Shown here piece after piece: positions 61,864 through 64,000 of a stretch of 64,000 nucleotides of DNA. The position numbers were made by a program, and so were the translations under genes. The stretch is taken from contig OZ037835.1 of assembly GCA_964035575.1 (NCBI GenBank), positions 1,364,001-1,428,000 of the forward strand, read 5' to 3'. Each line of letters starts with the position of its first letter. Position 1 is the first letter of the stretch. The notes under the pieces are model-generated. The model ran no database searches. It was given only the letters and a program-made list of their open reading frames with translations, and had not been told where the DNA came from. This DNA comes from Rhynchopus sp. YZ270_cl-10. Taxonomy: Eukaryota.

Positions 61864-63138
61864 GTTGATGCTTCCACACAGAAGGGGGAAAAGTGTCATA
61901 AGACATTTCTTGCTTTGTTCACCTGATTTTTACCTGAAATTTTGATGGAGTTTAGTGGAGGAGGGGAGGGTTTAAATACCGCAAAAAATACCACTAAAAT
62001 TGACCAAAGTTCAGGGGGAAAAAAATCAGGTGGGTTTTGTTTTGTGAAAACGTAGTGTGGAGCTCACTTTTTTTTTTACCTCAAATTTTTCTAGATTTTT
62101 GTTGTATATTAATATAGGCGTAGGGTTGGAGAAGGTGATGCCAAAAGAGAGAGGGAGGAGGAGAGTGCTTTGATTATGATACATGCAATGCTAAATAAAT
62201 TGAACACCGTGCCCCCTACTCCCTTCCTTTTTTCCTATTCTGGGGCGGGTTGGAGTAGAGCCACATTTCACCGACAGGTCGAGGTGTGTACGTTTCACCA
62301 TAACCTCCCTTTTTGGGTTGGAGAAGGTGATGCCAAAAGAGAGAGGGAGGAGGAGAGTGATTTGATTCTCTAAAAAATCATCTAAAAAAGAGTATAGTGG
62401 AGCACACTCTAGGGTGGCTCCACTAATACAACCAAGTTTTCAAAAAAAGGCAAACAGGTCTTACTCATCTATACCAACTGTCTTTCTCCCTGCCTCTTTT
62501 TTTATTTCTGTATCACGTTTTTTTCCATCCCTCCCCTCCCGGGTTTACGGAGTTTGCAGATGACAGCGAGCAACCCCCTAAACTGATTTGGACCCCCTCC
62601 TTTTATTTCAAATCAAAATTTTGTTCTCCCCTCTCCCTCCCCCCCTCCTCCCCTTCCCATCCTCCCCCTTTTCCTTTGTTTTGTAAGATCCCCCTCCGCT
62701 CCCACAAAAATCACAGTGGTACGATAAGCCTATGTGTTTGTTGGCTTTATTGTTGTACCCTTTGAAGAACAGAAGTATGGCTCAAGCTATACAAGCGATG
62801 CCGGAACGTTAACGCAAGCGTATGACGTGGGTTGTGCACCAACTAAGCAAAAGAGAAACGAGGTTTTTACTATTTATACAAGAAAATCCTCAGTCCGGAA
62901 CGGCAGCGGGGAAAAGTACATATCCCGCAGAGCAGGCTCACAACGTGAGGGGCTTAAGTTCATATTACAACCGTTTTTTTTTGTAAAGGTAGCTCAGCAT
63001 GTGACGGTGTAGGTTCATATTGTATACTGTGATTCTTTTGTTTGAAGAAGGAAATGTTTTTGATCCCTATACTGTGCTTTTCAATTCTACCATTTTTTTT
63101 TTATTGAATGGATACATAGATATGGGTCGATTTCAAAA

Positions 63139-63709
63139 CCCCCCCCCCCAAAAGTTCTTTTTTGTCTTTTTCATGATATAGGCAGTTTTTTTGCAGTCTG
63201 AGGTCCGGAACCGCCCCAAAAACGATTTTCTGGGAGGTTTTGGGAGGTTTTGGGGCGAAATGGACCTTTTTTGACCATTTTTATGGTATTTTTAGGCTGT
63301 TTTTGGCCCTTCTTCTTACACAGCCTATTGGGGGTCAAAATAGCTATTTTTGACCAAAAAACATCAAATAAGCACCAAGAAAAGTGCCAAATGTGCCCAA
63401 AACAGGTCGGATTGGGCTCACAGCCCATTTTTGGGATATATTTGGGCCAACGGAGGCCTCCTGGCGTCAAATAAATTGTGTTTTTTGGTCAAAAATAGCT
63501 ATTTTGACCCCCAATAGGCTGTGTAAGAAGAAGGGCCAAAAACAGCCTAAAAATACCATAAAAATGGTCAAAAAAGGTCCATTTCGCCCCAAAACCTCCC
63601 AAAACCTCCCAGAAAATCGTTTTTGGGGCGGTTCCGGACCTCAGACTGCAAAAAAACTGCCTATATCATGAAAAAGACAAAAAAGAACTTTTGGGGGGGG
63701 GGGGGGGGG
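63139..63709. mobile_element. Foldback element with ~225-bp inverted arms and ~115-bp spacer
   Basis: 63139-63363 is the reverse complement of ~63479-63703; the spacer is homologous to ~24990-25100 of the 24-25 kb palindrome. Confidence 0.85.
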
Positions 63710-63797
63710 TAGGGGAGGGTCACTGCACGGCGGGGTCCGCACACCCCGAGGGTCCGTAAAACGGCATGTTAGGACACTCCCTCTTTACGGAGTGTCA

Positions 63798-63891
63798 TTA
63801 CGTACCCTAGGGTACGTAATTACGGACCCTAGGGTACGTAATTACGTACCCTAGGGTCCGTAATTACGGACCCTAGGGTACGTAATTACGG
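63798..63891. repeat. Tandem self-complementary 22-bp units (TTACG(T/G)ACCCTAGGGT(A/C)CGTAA)
   Basis: Directly visible; downstream 63943-64000 is the reverse complement of ~45186-45243 (element B interior). Confidence 0.8.
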
Positions 63892-64000
63892 AGCCTCCCA
63901 GGGAAAGGGACTCTCGAAAATTTTTTTTTGCCCCCGTTTAGGGCTAATTTGGACGATTTGAGGCCATTAAAAGCAAAATTTGGCACTTTTGAGCATCTGT

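Noticed and set aside
1..64000. Spliced-leader RNA, tRNA, rRNA or hammerhead ribozyme genes
   Set aside because: None recognised by eye; CTGATGA hits (e.g. ~5245, ~51686, ~59530) lacked supporting stems. tRNAscan-SE and Infernal would be needed to exclude them.

Overview
Eukaryotic, euglenozoan DNA, most likely from a diplonemid. This is inferred from a BILBO1-family gene, co-oriented + strand genes, canonical GT-AG cis-introns and receptor-type cyclase-like genes ending in an EEWMY motif. Conserved genes are a 5-exon IFT88 (13037-17779), a 2-exon BILBO1-like gene (60003-61657), two membrane class III nucleotide-cyclase-like genes, a Ubl-WD40 gene and a decayed type I membrane-protein gene. 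The dominant feature is a family of seven ankyrin-repeat paralogues: one solo copy and six in a tandem array at 35.3-59.4 kb. Their differences cluster at the binding-face positions and are shuffled as mosaics between copies. Inside the array sits a Ubl-LRR gene split by a 1.63-kb non-coding insertion with an 18-19 bp target-site duplication (TSD). The first 74 nt of that insertion fold by eye into a complete HDV-like self-cleaving ribozyme. Intergenic DNA is packed with nested non-autonomous terminal-inverted-repeat (TIR)/foldback elements. These include a 7-bp-TSD group, TA-flanked palindromes in poly-C tracts, and three elements with different TIRs sharing one cargo, several carrying near-perfect 7-10 bp satellites. 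All calls were made by eye, without database searches or folding software.
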